Both the position numbers and the translations under genes were made by a program. The notes beneath the pieces are model-generated. The model was not told where the DNA came from. It ran no database searches and saw only the letters and a list, made by a program, of their open reading frames with translations. Positions 50,359 through 63,400 of a stretch of 64,000 bases of DNA are shown here, piece by piece; position 1 is the first letter of the stretch; every line of letters begins with the position of its first letter. Origin of the DNA: Lama guanicoe (Eukaryota); NCBI GenBank assembly GCA_013239625.1, contig MU054220.1:1851509-1915508 (forward strand), written 5' to 3'.

Positions 50359-52075
50359 CTGGGCACCGTGGGTAGAGGGGCACAGGTCAGGAACACTCAG
50401 CCCTTCGCCCTCTCCCCCTGCTCTGGGTGTCAGCTCAGCTCCATGCCGGCCTCAGTCCTGGGAGCAGGGCTTGTGTGACCACCACACTCATGAGAGGGGA
50501 CACTAGTCTGTGTTTCAGCTCAAATGTCCCCTCCTTTGGCAGTTGTTCCTTGACCACGTGAGACCCCGGCTTACATACTTTCATGCCTCTATACTTCTTT
50601 GTAGTGCTTATACAGAGAGGGGTTACCCTGTCTCCTGGTGGAAGGGAGAATCTTGCACAAAAGGCTGGCTCATGCCTGGTCAGCCTTCCTCCCAGCGCTC
50701 TGTCTGGCACAGAGAAAATACTATAGATATTTAAAAATATTTTTGAAGAGCGAATGTGTGCGCACGCCTGCTGGTAAGCCCCACCTTGTGAGGCCACCTG
50801 CCTCTCTGACTCAAGAAAGCATGCTGGACTACCAGTGTGGAAGAGCGAGCTTTCCAGCTGCTAATCTATTAAACATTGGAAATCATTTTCAAGTGTTAGT
50901 AGCTGAGCCACTGGAGGCCAGCAGGAACTGATGGCCCATCTCCCTGCCGACTGACACGCACTGCTGTGATGCTCAGGGCCCCGCCCGTCCTGGGAGCACT
51001 GCGAGAAGACAGCCTGGGTTCACGGTGAGGGGAGAAGGGTCTTCCACACACGGTGGCTTCTTATCTAGGGCCCAAGAGCATCAAAGAAATGGGAAAGAGC
51101 TGCCTAGAGCTGCTAAGAGCAGGTGGCAAGACCCCAGGCTCCAGCCCTGCCTGGCCAGGCCCTTGGGCCGCCATCAAGAAAACAGAGTGTGGCGCCTGAG
51201 TGAGGCCAGTGCTGGCTGGGGCCACCAGTTGGCAGGAAGGCCATGTCCAGGCTCCAAGGACAGCCTTCTGTTTACTGGAAGAAACTGTTTGAAACAAGTT
51301 TGTTTATGGACATAGTCAGCAATTCCTAAACCCAACATTCCATTTGCTGTTGCTGTGTGTGAGCTGGTGTGTGCTGGCATTTTTTCATCTATTTTTATTC
51401 CACCTGATCCCAGCAAGGATTGAAGGGCACAGCTGGTGAGCACTGGGGGGCAGGGTGGGAGTGTGAGAGAGGACTGGCGTGTGCTGATTAAAAGCTGTGT
51501 GGGTGGCAAAATGTGTGCTCACACATATGAGTCAGGGCGGAGGGCGAGCCCTTCGATCACAGTAATACAGCAGAGCCGCTGAGAGCACTGGCTTTGCAGT
51601 GGGCCCTCTGCTCAAGTCTGGGCTCCACCACTAGAAACTCTGTGCCTTTGGCAGCTTCCCTCCGTAAGCCTCCCTCTTAAAAGACCTACCTCAGGGCTGT
51701 TGTAAGGATTACAGTGCTGAGTGCTATGCCTGGCATAGAGTAAGTTTCTGATAAATAGTGAATTTATTGGGTCCTGTTACAATAGTGTGTATAGTTGTTG
51801 TCATTGTCATTATCACTTAAGCTGATTTGTTGTGTACTGCAGACTGGAAGCTCTTATGGTTTCCTATGTCTTGAGAAGGCTCAGGGAGTCGGCCCTGCAG
51901 ACTGAGTCTTGTGACCACCAGTGAGAACTAGACATCCCGCTAGTGACCCGTGGTGAAGGCCACCACCAGAGGGAGGAGGGGGCAGTGTGTGCCGGGCATG
52001 CAGACGGCAAGGGCAGCGGCGAGGAGTGGGAGCTGTGGTCCTGACGGGGGCCACAGGGGGCCCTGGAAGACTCAC

Positions 52076-52161
52076 CTGAGTAGTAAAACTGAATCTGGAA
52101 GGCAAAAAGGAAATCTGAAAAAGACATCAAGCAGTCCATGGCATCGTCCATGAGCACAATC
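52076..52161 (-). CDS. CSTPP1: CSTPP1 coding exon (86 nt); upstream exons lie beyond the right edge
   Basis: IVLMDDAMDCLMSFSDFLFAFQIQFYYS(E); AG/GT. Confidence 0.94.
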
Positions 52162-54264
52162 CTGAGAAGAAAAGAGAGAGAAAATATGACAGAACGTGTG
52201 TGTTGGGGGGGTGAGGTGGGGGGAGTGTTCAAGCAAGCTGTTCCTGGGGCTCCAGACTCCCTTGGAGCAGCAAGACACTAGCTCTCCAAAACAAGCTCCT
52301 CCCAGTGGCCTCACTTCTCCATCAGCTGGGCTCTCACCAAGCTGAACTGCCCACACTGTACCATGGGCAGGCTCCCACTTCAGTCTCTGTGGCACCAGCC
52401 AGTGGACAGAGCACAGGCAGTGGGGGAGGTGGTGGCAAGGAGAGGGTGCGACTGTAATGCAGCCAAGATTTCTTTTCATATCCTTAAGCAGTAAATCCTT
52501 TCATCCTGCAATGAGGACCATTTAGTTCAGAATAAATACAGCTGATCAGAAAAGGCAAAAAGAACAGCCAAGAGGTTTAAAGGGGTCTTGGCAAGTGGCA
52601 CTGAGATTTAATAAGCTTCCAAGGGCCAGAAAAGCTATAGTACTTCCATCCTGGGACACAGATGGCAGAAAGCGGAGAGGGTACAGATTGGGGTCTGCCC
52701 TTGAGAGGGTCAAAGAACACACCCCAGCTTGTGGGGCTGTGGCAGCCAGGGCTCCTCCATGCTGTCCACTCTCCCAGGCTGACCACCTCCTGGTTTCTCC
52801 TCTCTCCAGCCCCTCCTCTGCGCACCCACCTCACCGGAAGAAAACCATGTGACCACTAAAGGGATCAGATGAAGGCCATGTTCATACACTGCTCAGGGCC
52901 TCACTGGAGAGAGGACAGGAAGAGAAGGAAATTAGCACTTGCTGGGCTCCATCCATGTGCCAGGCAGGGTGCCAAACTCATCAACTGACGGGGAGCTGGG
53001 CCCCCACTCTGTTTCTGGCTGGGCCCTGGCTTTCCTTTAAATTTGTGTTTTATTTGCTCTCTCGTGTATTTTTCTAACTCTGTCTTCACCTCCCTGGGTT
53101 AGAGACTGGCAACCCACTGTGGAATGGCTTTAGAGAGAGTATAACGTGAGTGGTACCCCCGGAATTGTGCAAGGCAGCTGGCCTCCCTTCAGATGCCCCC
53201 GAAGAGAGAAATCGTTCCTACATCTCATCTTCAGTTGTAATCATGCTAACAACAGAAACGGGCACTATTTACTGAGTACGTACTTCACGGCAGGCACTGT
53301 GCCAGGTATTAAACCTATAATAATTACATTTATCGCACAACAGTCCTATGAGGCAGGTCTTGTGATTATTCCCATTTCACAGGTGAAGAGATTAAGCTTC
53401 AGAGAAGTCAGTCTGTAGGGGTCACACAGCTGCTGAAAGTGCTTGACTCCACGCGCCATGTAATTCCCATCAGGTCACACTGCCTCTTTTAAAAAAAGAT
53501 GCAGAATACAAACACTAAAATTTTATTTCTTAGTTTCTTAGCTGCCTAACTTATCTTTTTTCTTCTCACCTGTATCTTAGGGCCTTAACTGTTTCTCATG
53601 TATCTCTTGGGGAAGAAAAAAGATGCCTCAACCATCAGAATTCAACATCAAAATTCCAGCTGGAAAAAAATTCAAGGCCAGAGTGGGAAGAAGCAATGCT
53701 GCCATTGGCCACAGGAGGGCGCCCTGGTCCCTCCATCAGAGGCCCCTCGGACCAGGTGTTGCGCACAGGCCAAGTCGTCACCCACTTCTCATAACCTGGG
53801 GAGAGCTCAGGCGGGCAAAAAGGAAGAGAGAGGGCACGAAGCCCAGATTCTGATATCTGGTGAGAGAGGTAGAGGGCAGGTAGAGGGGACTGGGATAACA
53901 GAGACACGCAAACCACAGAGAGAGAGCGAGCTCTCCCAGAGCCCCAGGAAGGAAGAGCCGCCAGCACCTCAGAGTCGTTCCTCCCCAGGCTCGACAGGGA
54001 AGGAAAAGGCCCCAGAGGAGAGAAGGCAGCGACCTTTCCTTCCCAGGACAGCTGAGAACCCGGATGGCCTGAAGTTAATTACTAGGGAAGAGCACTGGGC
54101 CGAGAACATCCCCGAGCAGGAAACCACGATGGGGAACCAAAGCCTTTGAAGACGTGACTTGGCTCCTCTTGTTTATCATCAACCTGGGACCCAGTGCTCC
54201 TGTTTATGGCAGTTCCCTCCATTTACTATTTCTTTTTTTTACCTATTTATTCATTTATTTTACA

Positions 54265-54748
54265 TAGACGGTCCCCGACTTAGGATGGTTTGACTAAGGT
54301 TTTTTGACTTTATGATGGTGTGAAAGTCATATGAATTCAGTAGAAATCAGACTTTGAGTTTTGAATCTTGATCTTTCCTGGCCTGGTGACACGCAGCACA
54401 TACTCCCTCGTGATGTGGGCAGCAGCAGACACAGCTCCGTGTCAGCCATGTGATCACAAGAGTGAACACATACAGCAACTCTGGACCCAGACCACCACTC
54501 TCACTTTCAGTACAGTATCCAATCAGTTACATGAGATACGCAGCACTTTATCATGAAATAGGCTTTGTGTTAGATGATTTTGCCCAAGTGTGGGCTGATG
54601 TAAGTGTTCCTAGCACATTTAAGGTAGGCTGGGCTAAGCCAGGATCTTTGATAAGTTAGGTGTATTAAGTGCATTTTTGACTTTTTACATTTTCAACTTA
54701 GCGTAGGTTTATCAGGACATAGCCCCATTGTACGTCGAGGAATCTCTG
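54265..54748 (-). mobile_element. TcMar-Tigger non-autonomous element (MER47/Tigger5-like)
   Basis: TIRs AGACGGTCCCCGACTTA... / ...TACGTCGAGGAATCTCTG followed by TA. Confidence 0.75.
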
Positions 54749-57700
54749 TATTGGAATATAATTCAAATACCATAAAATTCACCCTTTAAAAGTGTGCAGT
54801 ATTTTTTAGTATATTCACAAAGTTGTGTAATCACCACCTCTAATTCCAGAAGTTGTCATTCTTGCTAATCAGCATGCTCCTAAGACCGGCCCTGCCACAC
54901 CAGGGCTTCCAAGCCAGTTGCCCTAAGCATCTTGGTCTCAGGCACAGATAGGGCTGTCAGCTGCAAATAGGGCCCCGCCCTTCCAGCCTCAGAATCTCAG
55001 AATCCACAAAGTTCTCTGTTGGGGGCCATTCTTGACTATGAACATTCGCACCCACTTTTAAGATGGGCCTCTGGGGAAGAGTGAGCACACAGCCTTAAGA
55101 GGGCAGGAGACCCACCAGGGTAAGGGTGGCAGTCTGTGCAGGGACAGGGCAGCCTTGCGGGTGCTCTGGCTTTGACCCCTGCTCCTTGGTGGGCTGAGAC
55201 GTATATTGGTCAGGAGGGACCAGCAGGCTAATTGGGAGGGGCAGACGGTGGCAGAGGCTTTTTTTCTGAGGGACGGGTGGCTGGGTCCTGGTAGCACGTG
55301 TGCAAAGGAATAGGAGGTTGTTTTGATTGCAAGCAGTGAGGCTGGCTGCCAGAAAAGCCAATGCGCTCTCAGCTGTCACTAACAGCAACACTCCTCCGTG
55401 CAGCCAGAAACCTGGGCATCTTCCTGATGCCCTGGAAGTTGCCTCCCTTGCCCACCCCACATCAGTCGATCAGTCATCAAGTCCTATCGATCCTATTCTG
55501 GACATTTCTCTTGAATCCATCTACTTTCCACTTCCACAGCCCCTATCCAACACCCACCTCCACCTCTCCTTCCTGGACAACTGGATGACCTCCTACCTGG
55601 TTTCCTGCAACACTCTTGCCTCCTTCTAATTGAGTATCCATACCGTGGCCAGAAATATCTTTTTAAAAATTCAAATCTGACCATTTTACAACTCTGTTTA
55701 AAACCCTCCCCAGGCTTTGCATTGGCCTTAGAGCAGAGTCTCCCATTCTTATCCTGGCTCATGGGCCTGATGATCTGCCTCTGCTCACCTCTCTAGACTC
55801 CAGAGGCCCCAGGCAACATCCCTTGCTGAGTTCTAGCCACACAGATCCTTCAGTTCTTCCTTCTTCCCGCCCTTCAAACAAGCCTGTCCTCTGTCGAAGT
55901 GCTGCCTGCCCTCCGTGCCCCTCCTCAGCCACCTGCCTGATGCCTGCTCACCCTTCACGTGCAGCCACAGAGTGCCTCTTTGAGGAGCCCTCCCTACCCT
56001 AGGTGAAGACAGGCCTCCCTGCTCTGGCTGCTCCAGTTCTCTGTGACCTCTTCACACTGTGTGTGTCTGTCTTTGCCCCAGGACTCGAAGATTCACCAAG
56101 TGGCACCTCTGTCTTTCTGTCTGTTGCCCAACTCAGGCGCCAGCATGGTGCAGAGCACACAGTAGGCACTCGGTAAAATTTGCTGAATGAAGGAAAGCAT
56201 GAACAAAAGACTAAGAGAGGTCACAGCACCCTTCTCTTTTCCCCTGGCAAGGTGACATCTGGACACTACATTCAGCTCTGGAAAGTCCATTTAAGAGGAA
56301 TAAACTAGAGTCATGAAGGAATCGAAGCAGCAGAGCCTGCAAACCAGGGTATCAGATGCTCAGCTCTGGGATTGTGGCTACTTTGTGAAGGAGTAAGCTG
56401 CTTGTTGCTGGAGATATTCAAGCAGAAGCCTGAAGGCTCGTACTTCCCGAAAGTATGAAAGCGTTTCCTCTAGGTCTGACAAAGTGTCACCCTAAGGGTG
56501 GACAGAACTCACCACTTTTCCTGTTAATGCTGGTTCTGGTGGGGGAGTCTGCTGGTCAGAGGACTGTGGCTGCCGCAAAGTCTAAAGACTTACAAAAGGT
56601 GCTTACAGAAACATCATGTCCTGCACGGTACATCTCCAAACTAATGCTCTGACCCATAAAAGTTCTGGGCATCTGGCATTGGAATCCTGGAAAATCCTGG
56701 ACTGTGGGAAAGGGCAGGCAGGAGGCTACGGGTCTGTCTCTGCCTGTGGTGACAAGGATGACTGCGTGCTGTAGGCCCTACACTCCACTGACAGCTCCTT
56801 CACCCTGAACTCACACTTGTCACCATCCCCTAGAGGGCTCCAGAGAAGTTTCTTGAAGGCGAGGTCATCCACATGTGCTGTTTTCAGTTGATGGCAGTTG
56901 GCGCTACACCCATTCCTGCCAGAGGCCCTCTGCTAACGTGCCAGCTGCTTCTGACACCTGGAGGAGACGGGCCGCCCCTGCTTTGAAGAGGAGCCAACAG
57001 GGAGCTGCTGCCAAGAGTCTGTACAGATCCATTGGATCATGGAGGGGTCCTTGCAGGCCAGGCCTCAGGACTAGAGCGGGAGACTCTGGGGAGAAGGAAA
57101 GGCACTCGAGTTCAGGCTGGCTCTGAGCAGAACCATGTGAAGGGTGGAGCCCACGGCAGGCGACTGGAATGAAGACAGAACGCTTGGCAGGGTCTGAGCG
57201 AATCCTGAGGGGGCTGGCCCTTCTCCCTCCCCTGCTGACTTCCAACAGCTGGGATGGGCTGCGAGTTAAGTGGGTGCCAAGGAAGCAACAGCTTTCAGCC
57301 TGAACCTACTGACTTGCCAACTTCCTGTTGACCCTTAAGGGTCAGTATCCCTGGTCTAGTGGCACGAGCTGTACCCATTTTTGGTTTTTTTCCATTTCTG
57401 GGTAAGCAACCCTGGGATCAAATCCCAGCTCCAGAACTCACTGGCCAAGTGACCTTGTCTTGGGCAAGTTATGTTTCCTCTCTGAGCTTCGGTTTCCTCA
57501 TCTGTAAAGAAGTGACAGTAATAGTTCCTACCTCACAGGATTCTTGTGAAGATTCAGTATGGTCATTTACTGTGCCAGTATGTAATAATCACTCAAAAGA
57601 AGTGTCAGCTGCTATCAATAAGTGTATTCTAGCTGGTTGAAGGTGATGGAAGAGCTCAGAATAGCAGATAAAAATATAGCTCAAAGGAAGTGAGTGCTGC

Positions 57701-59504
57701 CAGCACCCCGGCGGGCCAGGCTCTCAGGCGGAAGCCAGCTATCTTGTGTCAGGTCTGCTGTCAGGGGATCCCGGCCCTCAGTCAGGGCCAAGCCGCCCTC
57801 CATGACTACACCTCTTTGGGGCGGTCCCATGAGCTGTGACTTTCATGGGTGCAGCTGAAGTGTGTCCCCAAGTCTGTTTAGGCTCCCAGGGCACCTCTGT
57901 GGACTCGGTCTTAATGTCAGAGCCGTAAGTGAGGATGAAACTACCCTCTGGCCACTCTCTTCAGCAGGGAGGAAGGAAAGAGGCTGTGGTCAAGGTTTCC
58001 TGCCGCACTTCCTTAGGGCTGCCCCTCTTCTGGACTGTGTTGGGGGCACCCGTGTGCTGCACAAGCTGCTCCAAGTCTAGGCCCTCAGAGCAGCGTGGCG
58101 TGTCTGGGCCATGGCTCTCCCTGGGTGCCAGCACACGCCTCCAGGGTGCCCCAGACTCCACCTGCCCTGCAGTGCCTAAGGGGCTGGATCCAGAGAGAGT
58201 GGGTAACAACCACCACCACCAGTTAGTGTTCATTAAGGGTCTTCTCGGTCTGCACGACACATCTGTCATTGCATTTTCTCTTCATATTAATCCGATGAGG
58301 TAAGATCAATGGATATCTTTACTGAGAACACAGAGGTTCAGAAACGTGACCAGGGTTTCAAGCTAGAAGCAAAAGAGCTATAATTCAAACACAGGTCTCT
58401 CTGACTCGAATCACGGCTCCTACGACCTGCAGCTGCTCCTGGTAAGAAGTGGGCTCTGCGCTCTCTGGTGGCAGCCACACCTTCCTGCTGGGGGCGCTGT
58501 CCCTTCTCTCACTCTTGGTGTTTGTAGAGCAACGGCCCCCCGGGAGGGTTGGAAGCTTCTTCCCTGCAGCCTCAGCTCAGCCATTTAAGCCCCCTTATCC
58601 TGGTCTCTCCCAAGAAGACTCACAGCAAGGGTGCACTGACCGTGCTCTTTGGACAAAAACCTGAATCCAAATCCATGGCCTGTGAGGCCCTCCTTTCCTC
58701 TCCCAGCCCCCAGACTCCTCAAACTCCAGGCCCGCTGGCTCCTCCCAGTCCCCCCGAGGTCCTTGCTGGTCAAAGTAGGGCTTCTTTCCCTGGACGGCCT
58801 TTCCTCTCACTGCTCCCTCCCTAAATCCTGTCCACTCTTTTCATTTTAAATATTTAAAGCTTCAGAAAATTACACAGAATAACATGACGAACACCTGTGT
58901 ACCCACTAGCTAACCATCAAACCTTCTTCACATTTGGCCACCCTTGCTTCAGTTTTTATGAGGTTTATGAAACATTACACATACTGTTCAAACCACCTGG
59001 ACAGCCCTCCCTCGTCCCAGTCCTCTCCCTTCTCCCAGAGACCACTGGAACTTGAGGGCTTGGTGTTCACTTACTGAAACTTGGGTTTAGCATCCCTCTG
59101 CATTTTTTCATATGATTTTAACTCACGCAAATGTCTCTACTCTTAAAACATTACGTAACTTTGCTTGACTTGTTTTCAAACCAGTACATCATTCTGTAAC
59201 TTGACATTTTGAGATTTATCAGTGTTGATGAGTATCTGTCTCCCTGTATTCATTTTAGCTGCTGTACAGAATTCCACAGTGAAGACAACACACTGTCCTT
59301 TCTGCCGCACAGAGACAGGCAGAGTGTTTCATTGGTAGCGATTGCAAACAATGCTGCAGGTGCACCTCTTGAACTTTTTAAGATTTGCCCCAATTGCTTC
59401 AAAGTGATTCTACCAATTTACTCACTAGCAGTTTATGAGAGTCCCTACTGTTCCACGTCCTCACCAATACTCGCACTATCTCACTTTAGAAGTTTTGCCA
59501 ATTT

Positions 59505-60137
59505 CTCTTCCGGTCCCGGGCGATTCGGGATCTCCCGGCTCTGGTGCAGGCATGGCCAAGTCAAAGAGCCACACCACACACAACCAGTCCTGAAAATGGC
59601 ACAGAAACGGCATCAAAAAACCCCGATCACAACGATACGAATCTCTTCAGGGGGTGGACCCCAAGTTCCTGAGGAACATGCGCTCTGCCAAGAAGCACAG
59701 CAAGGAGGGCCTGAAGAAGACGCAGGCCAACAGCGCCAAGGCCACGAGCGCACGTGCTGAGGCTGTCAAGGCTCTCGGAAAGCCCAAGGAGGCCAAGCCC
59801 AAGATCCCACAGGGCGACAGCCGCAGGCTCAGTCGACTTGCCTGCACTGCTCACCCCAAGCTCGGGAAACGTGCTTGTGCCGGCATCTCAAGGGGCTCAG
59901 GTTCTGTCGGCCAAAGGCCAAGGATAAGGCTCAGATCAAGGCCGCAGCTGCAGCTCTGGCTCCAGCTCCGGCTCAGGCTCAGTCTCCCAAAGGCGCCTGG
60001 GCCCCCACAAAGGCTCCAGGGTAGAGGCTTTCATCTACTGATGTGAGGATATAAGGACTAGTGTGACCCCTGGGCTCATGTCTACCTGTGCTGTTTGTAC
60101 AAATAAACCTGAGGCCGGATCTGTCAAAAAAAAAAAA
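59505..60137 (+). pseudogene. RPL29: RPL29 processed pseudogene, full length
   Basis: 5'TOP CTCTTCC; ATG at 59552 ([43 protein letters not shown]); premature TGA 59591-3; frameshift near 59888; AATAAA at 60102; poly(A); TSD AAGTTTTGCCAATTT at 59490-59504 and 60138-60152; no introns. Confidence 0.95.
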
Positions 60138-60417
60138 AAGTTTTGCCAATTTGATGGGTATAAAGTGGTATCTCAATTTAATTGGCATTTCCCTGATTAT
60201 TAGTGAGTCTGGCCATGAAAATATCCCTCAATGTTTATCAGTTGTTAGAGTTTTCTATGTATTACCTGTTTGTATCTTTGGGCTATTTTTCTTCCACTTT
60301 TCTTTCTTTTGGTTTGTTTAACTTTTTATTATGGAAAATTCCAAACATTTACAACTGTAGATAAAGAGTACAAAGAATTCCATGTACCCATCATCCAGCT
60401 TCAACAATTATTAACTC

Positions 60418-63400
60418 TCTTTTAAAATTGAAGTATAGTCAGTTTACAATGTTGTGTCAATTTCTGGTGTGCAGCATAATGTTTCAGTCATACATACATT
60501 CCTTTTCATATTCTTTTATCATTATAGGTTATTACAAGATATTGAATATCGTTCCCTGTGATATACAGTAGAATCTTATTGTTTATCTATTTTATATATG
60601 ATAATTAGTATCTGTAAATCTTGAACTCCCAATTTATCCCTTCCCACCTCCTTCCCCCCCGGTAACCATAAGTTTGTTTTCTGTGTCTGTGAGTCTTTTT
60701 CTGTTTTCTAAGTAAGTTCATTTGTGTCCTTTTTTCTTTAATTCCACTTATAAGTGATCTCATATGGTATTTTTCTTTCTCTTTCTGGCTTACTTCACTT
60801 AGAATGACAATCTACAGGTCCATCCATGTTGCTGCAAATGGCATTAGTTTATTCTTTTTTATGGATGAGTAGTAGTCCATTGTATAAATACATCACAACT
60901 TCTTTATTGAGTCATCTGTTGATGAACATTTAGGTTGTTTCCATGTATTGGTTACTGTAAATAGTGCTGCTATGAACATTGGAGTGCATTTATCTTTTCG
61001 AATTAAGTTTCCTCCATAGGCCCAGGAGTGGGATTGCTGGATCATATGGTAAGTCTATTTTTAGTTTTTTAAGGAATCTCCGTACTGTTTTCCATAATGG
61101 CTGCACTAAACTACATTTGCACCAAGAGTATAGGAGGGTTGCCTTTTCTCCACACCCTCTCCAGCATTTATCATTTGTGGACTTTTGAATGATGGGTATT
61201 CTGACTGGTGTGAGGTGATACCTCATTGTACTTTTGATTTACATTTCTCTGATAATTAGTGATATTGAGCATTTTTTTCATGTGCCATTGACCATTTGTA
61301 TGTCTTAATTGGAGAATTGCTTGTTTAGGTCTTCTGCCCATTTGGATTGAGTTGTTTGGTTTTTTTTGTATTTAAGCTGTATGAGCTGTTTATATATTCT
61401 GGAAATTAAGCTCTTGTCAGTTGCATCATTTGCCAAGTATTTTCTCGCATTCCATAGGTTGTCTTTTTGTTTTGTTTATGGTTTCCTTTGTTGTGCAAAG
61501 CTTATAAGTTTAATTAGATCCCATTTGTTTATTTTTGCTTTTATTTTATTTTTTGTTGTTATCAAGAAACATGTATTTAAATTCTTGTTTTGCTTTTATT
61601 TCTATTGCCTGGGTAGACTGCCCTAGGAGAACATTGCTAAGATTTATGTCAGAAACTGTTTTGCCTACACAGCAAAGGAAACCATAAGTAAAACAAAAAG
61701 CCAACCTATGGAATGGGAGAAAATTTTTGCAGATGAAACCAACAAAGGCTTGCTCTCCAGAATATATAAGCAGTTCATACGATTTAATAAGAAACAACAA
61801 AACAACCCAATCCAAAGATGGGCAAAAGACCTAAACAAGCAATTCTCCAAGGAAGACATACAAATGATCAATAGGCACATGAAAGAATGCTCAATATCAC
61901 TAATTATCAGAGAAATGCAAATCAAAACTACAATGAGGTATCATCTCACACCAGTCAGAATGGCTATCACTCAAAAATCCACAAATGACAAATGCTGGAG
62001 AGGCTGTGAAGAAAGGGGAACCCTCCTACACTGCTGGTGGGAATGCAGTTTGGTGCAGCCACTATGGAAAACAGTATGGAGATTCCTCAAAAGACTAGGA
62101 ATAGACTTACCATATGACCCAGGAATCCCACTCCTGGGCTTATATCCAGAAGGAACCCTACTTCAGGATGACACCTACACCCCAATGTTCACAGCAGCAC
62201 TATTTACAATAGCCAAGACATGGAAACAGCCTAAATGTCCATCAATGGATGACTGGATAAAGAAGAGGTGGTATATTTATACAATGGAATACTATTCAGC
62301 CATAAAAACTGATAACATAACGCCATTTGCAGCAACATGGATGCTCCTGGAGAATGTCATTCTAAGTGAAGGAAGCCAGAAAGATAAAGAAAAATACCAT
62401 ATGAGATCGCTTATATGTGGAATCTAAAAAACAAAAACAAACAAAAAAAAGCATAAATACAAAACAGAAATAGACTCATAGACATAGAATACAAACTTGT
62501 GGTTGCCAAGGGGCAGAGGTTGGGAAGGGATAGATGGGATTTCAAAATTGTAGAATAGATAAACAAGATTATACTGTACAGCACAGGGAAATATACACAA
62601 GATCTTATGGTAGCTCACAGAGAAAAAAATGTGACAATGAATATATATATGTTCATGTATAACTAAAAAATTGTGCTCTACACAGGAATTTGACACAACA
62701 TTGTAAAATGATTATAAATCAATAAAAAATGTTAAAAAAAAAAAGAAAGAAACTGTTTAGCCTATATTTTCTTCTAGGAGGTTTATAGTTGTTGTCTTAT
62801 GTTGAAGCTTTCAAGCAATTTTGAGTTTGTTTTTGTGTACGATATGAGGGTGTGTTCTAACTTAAATGATTTGTATGCAGCTGTCCAGCTTTCCCAACAC
62901 CATTTGCTGAAGAGATTGTCTTTTCTCCATTGTATATTCTTGCCTCCTTTGTAGAAAATTAATTGACTGTAAGTCTGTGGGTTTATTTCTGGACTCTATT
63001 CTGTTCCATTGACCCATATGTCTGTTTTTGGGCCAATACTGTGATGTTTTGATTACTATAGCTTTGTAGTATTGTCTGAAGTCTGGGAGGGTTGTTCCTC
63101 CAGCTTCGTTCTTTTTCTTCAGTATTGCTTTGGCAATTCTGGGTCTTTTGTGATTCCATATAAATTTTAGGATGATTTGTTCTAGTTCTGTGAAAGATGT
63201 CCTTGGTAATTTGTTAGGGATCACATTAAATCTGTAGATTGTTTTGGGTAGTATGGACACTTTAACAATATTAATTCTTCCAATCCAAGAGCATACGATA
63301 TCTTTCCGTTTCTTTAAATCATCTTTAATTTCCTTAATCAATGTTTTATAGTTCTCTGCATATAAGTCTTTCACTTCCTTGGTCAGATGTATTCCTAAGC

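Noticed and set aside
53598..54149. 183-aa plus-strand ORF in the CSTPP1 intron
   Set aside because: Purine-rich, disordered-looking translation with no homology or splice support
59654..60046. 130-aa RPL29-like ORF as a functional gene
   Set aside because: Begins at an internal GTG after a premature stop and is frameshifted; processed pseudogene
61708..62427. 239-aa ORF as a host gene
   Set aside because: It is the L1 ORF2 C-terminus of a 5'-truncated element
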